In this document: positions 63,212 through 64,000 of the stretch, piece after piece
Layout: each line of letters begins with the position of its first letter
Position numbering within the stretch: the first letter of the stretch is position 1
NCBI GenBank assembly: GCA_965243745.1
Contig: CBDEVR010000002.1
Location: 967,935 to 1,031,934, forward strand
Source of the DNA: Dehalococcoidia bacterium
GTDB taxonomy: Bacteria > Chloroflexota > Dehalococcoidia > Lucifugimonadales > Australimonadaceae
DNA length: 64,000 bases
Reading direction: 5' to 3'
The notes under the pieces: model-generated
Seen by the model: the letters and a program-made list of their open reading frames with translations, nothing else
The model's database searches: none
Told to the model about the DNA's origin: nothing
Made by a program: the position numbers and the translations under genes

Positions 63212-63967
63212 GTGGCAGACCTGACCGAACTCATGGAAGAGGCCGCGCTGGCGAGCCGCATGCTGTACGAGATGGGGCTCGCCGACGCCTCCACCATCGA
63301 GCGCGGGCACGTGAGCGTGCGCCTGCCGGGCGACCCGGATAGGTTCGTCATCAAGGCGCTCGGCCCCGCTCTCTCCCAGACCTACGCCGAGCATATGGTC
63401 GTCGTCGACGTGAACGGCTACAAAGCCGGCGGCCCGAAGGAGCTGAACCTCCCGAACGAGGTGAAGATGCACTCATGCCTGCTGCGCGAGCGCCCGGACG
63501 TCAACTCCGTCGTGCACGTCCACCCGCGCTACACGGTGCTGATGAGCGTCCTGCAGGAGCAGATGGGGCCGATGTGCATCGAGGGCATGCCGCTCTTCGC
63601 GGAGCCGCTGCCGATGTTCCCCAGCCCGCGCCTCATCATCCACGAGAGGGACGGCGCAGAGGTCGCGCGTCTGATGGGAAGCCACAGCGCCATCCTCCTG
63701 CAGGGCCACGGCGCGGCGACCGTCGGCGGCGACATGGAGGACGCCATCGTCAACATGCTGCACCTGGAGGAGCAGGCGCGCATGAACTACCTCGCGTTCT
63801 GCGCCGTCGGCAGCGGCCACGCCGTCCTCACGCCCGAGCAGGCCGCCGAGTTCGTCGCCAACATGCGCTCCATGCCCGACGCCGACCACCTCACACCGGA
63901 GGTCGCCCCGACGCCGCGCAAGCCCAGCGGCATCTGGCACCACTACGCCGCCCGCGCCCGGCGCTGA
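63212..63967 (+). CDS. class II aldolase/adducin-family protein
   Basis: GTG follows AAGGAGG. Zn-His pattern (VVHVHP...LLQGHGAATVG). Confidence 0.7.
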   Translation: MADLTELMEEAALASRMLYEMGLADASTIERGHVSVRLPGDPDRFVIKALGPALSQTYAEHMVVVDVNGYKAGGPKELNLPNEVKMHSCLLRERPDVNSVVHVHPRYTVLMSVLQEQMGPMCIEGMPLFAEPLPMFPSPRLIIHERDGAEVARLMGSHSAILLQGHGAATVGGDMEDAIVNMLHLEEQARMNYLAFCAVGSGHAVLTPEQAAEFVANMRSMPDADHLTPEVAPTPRKPSGIWHHYAARARR

Positions 63968-64000
63968 GCCCTACTCCATCGTCTTCAGGCTCGGCACGAG

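Noticed and set aside
63971-64000. Possible 3' end of a minus-strand gene (...LVPSLKTME-stop)
   Set aside because: Only ten codons are visible, which is too little to support a feature call.

Overview
High-GC (about two-thirds G+C in hand-counted lines) bacterial chromosomal segment, densely coding on both strands. Most of it is housekeeping and metabolism: plsY, era, dnaE, folC, fabF, thrC, rsmG, cimA, miaB, nadC, an archaeal-type PEP carboxylase, a copper amine oxidase, a three-subunit Mo-hydroxylase, amidohydrolases and amidases, plus three tRNAs (Gly-CCC, Arg-CCT, Ser-GCT). A T-box leader, an F420-type LLM/Fno pair, an RRM protein and the archaeal-type PEPC together suggest a Chloroflexota-like lineage; this is inference only. 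No rRNA, CRISPR array, transposase or integrase was seen. The many long ORFs antisense to real genes are high-GC artefacts. Main leads: (1) A sharply low-GC islet between miaB and nadC (56.5-58.6 kb). It encodes a DUF4258 toxin-like protein, an in-frame DUF2283-antitoxin::PD-(D/E)XK nuclease fusion and a DUF1643 protein, and is the best candidate for an undescribed TA-linked nuclease or defence module. (2) A tightly packed eight-gene minus-strand array (6.9-17.3 kb). It joins a STAS/PP2C/RsbW partner switch, a binding-protein plus HAMP kinase sensor, a circularly permuted ATP-grasp/alpha-E pair and an MMPL transporter. (3) A T-box riboswitch in front of cimA. (4) Two paralogous GatC-like small protein + amidase pairs (AtzG/AtzE-like). 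(5) A MoaD/ThiS-like protein whose Gly-Gly is followed by a 15-aa tail, sitting between the Mo-hydroxylase and an aminotransferase. (6) Several GC-rich palindromic repeat elements, one apparently in frame inside an Fno-like gene. All family assignments come from reading translated motifs, not from database searches.
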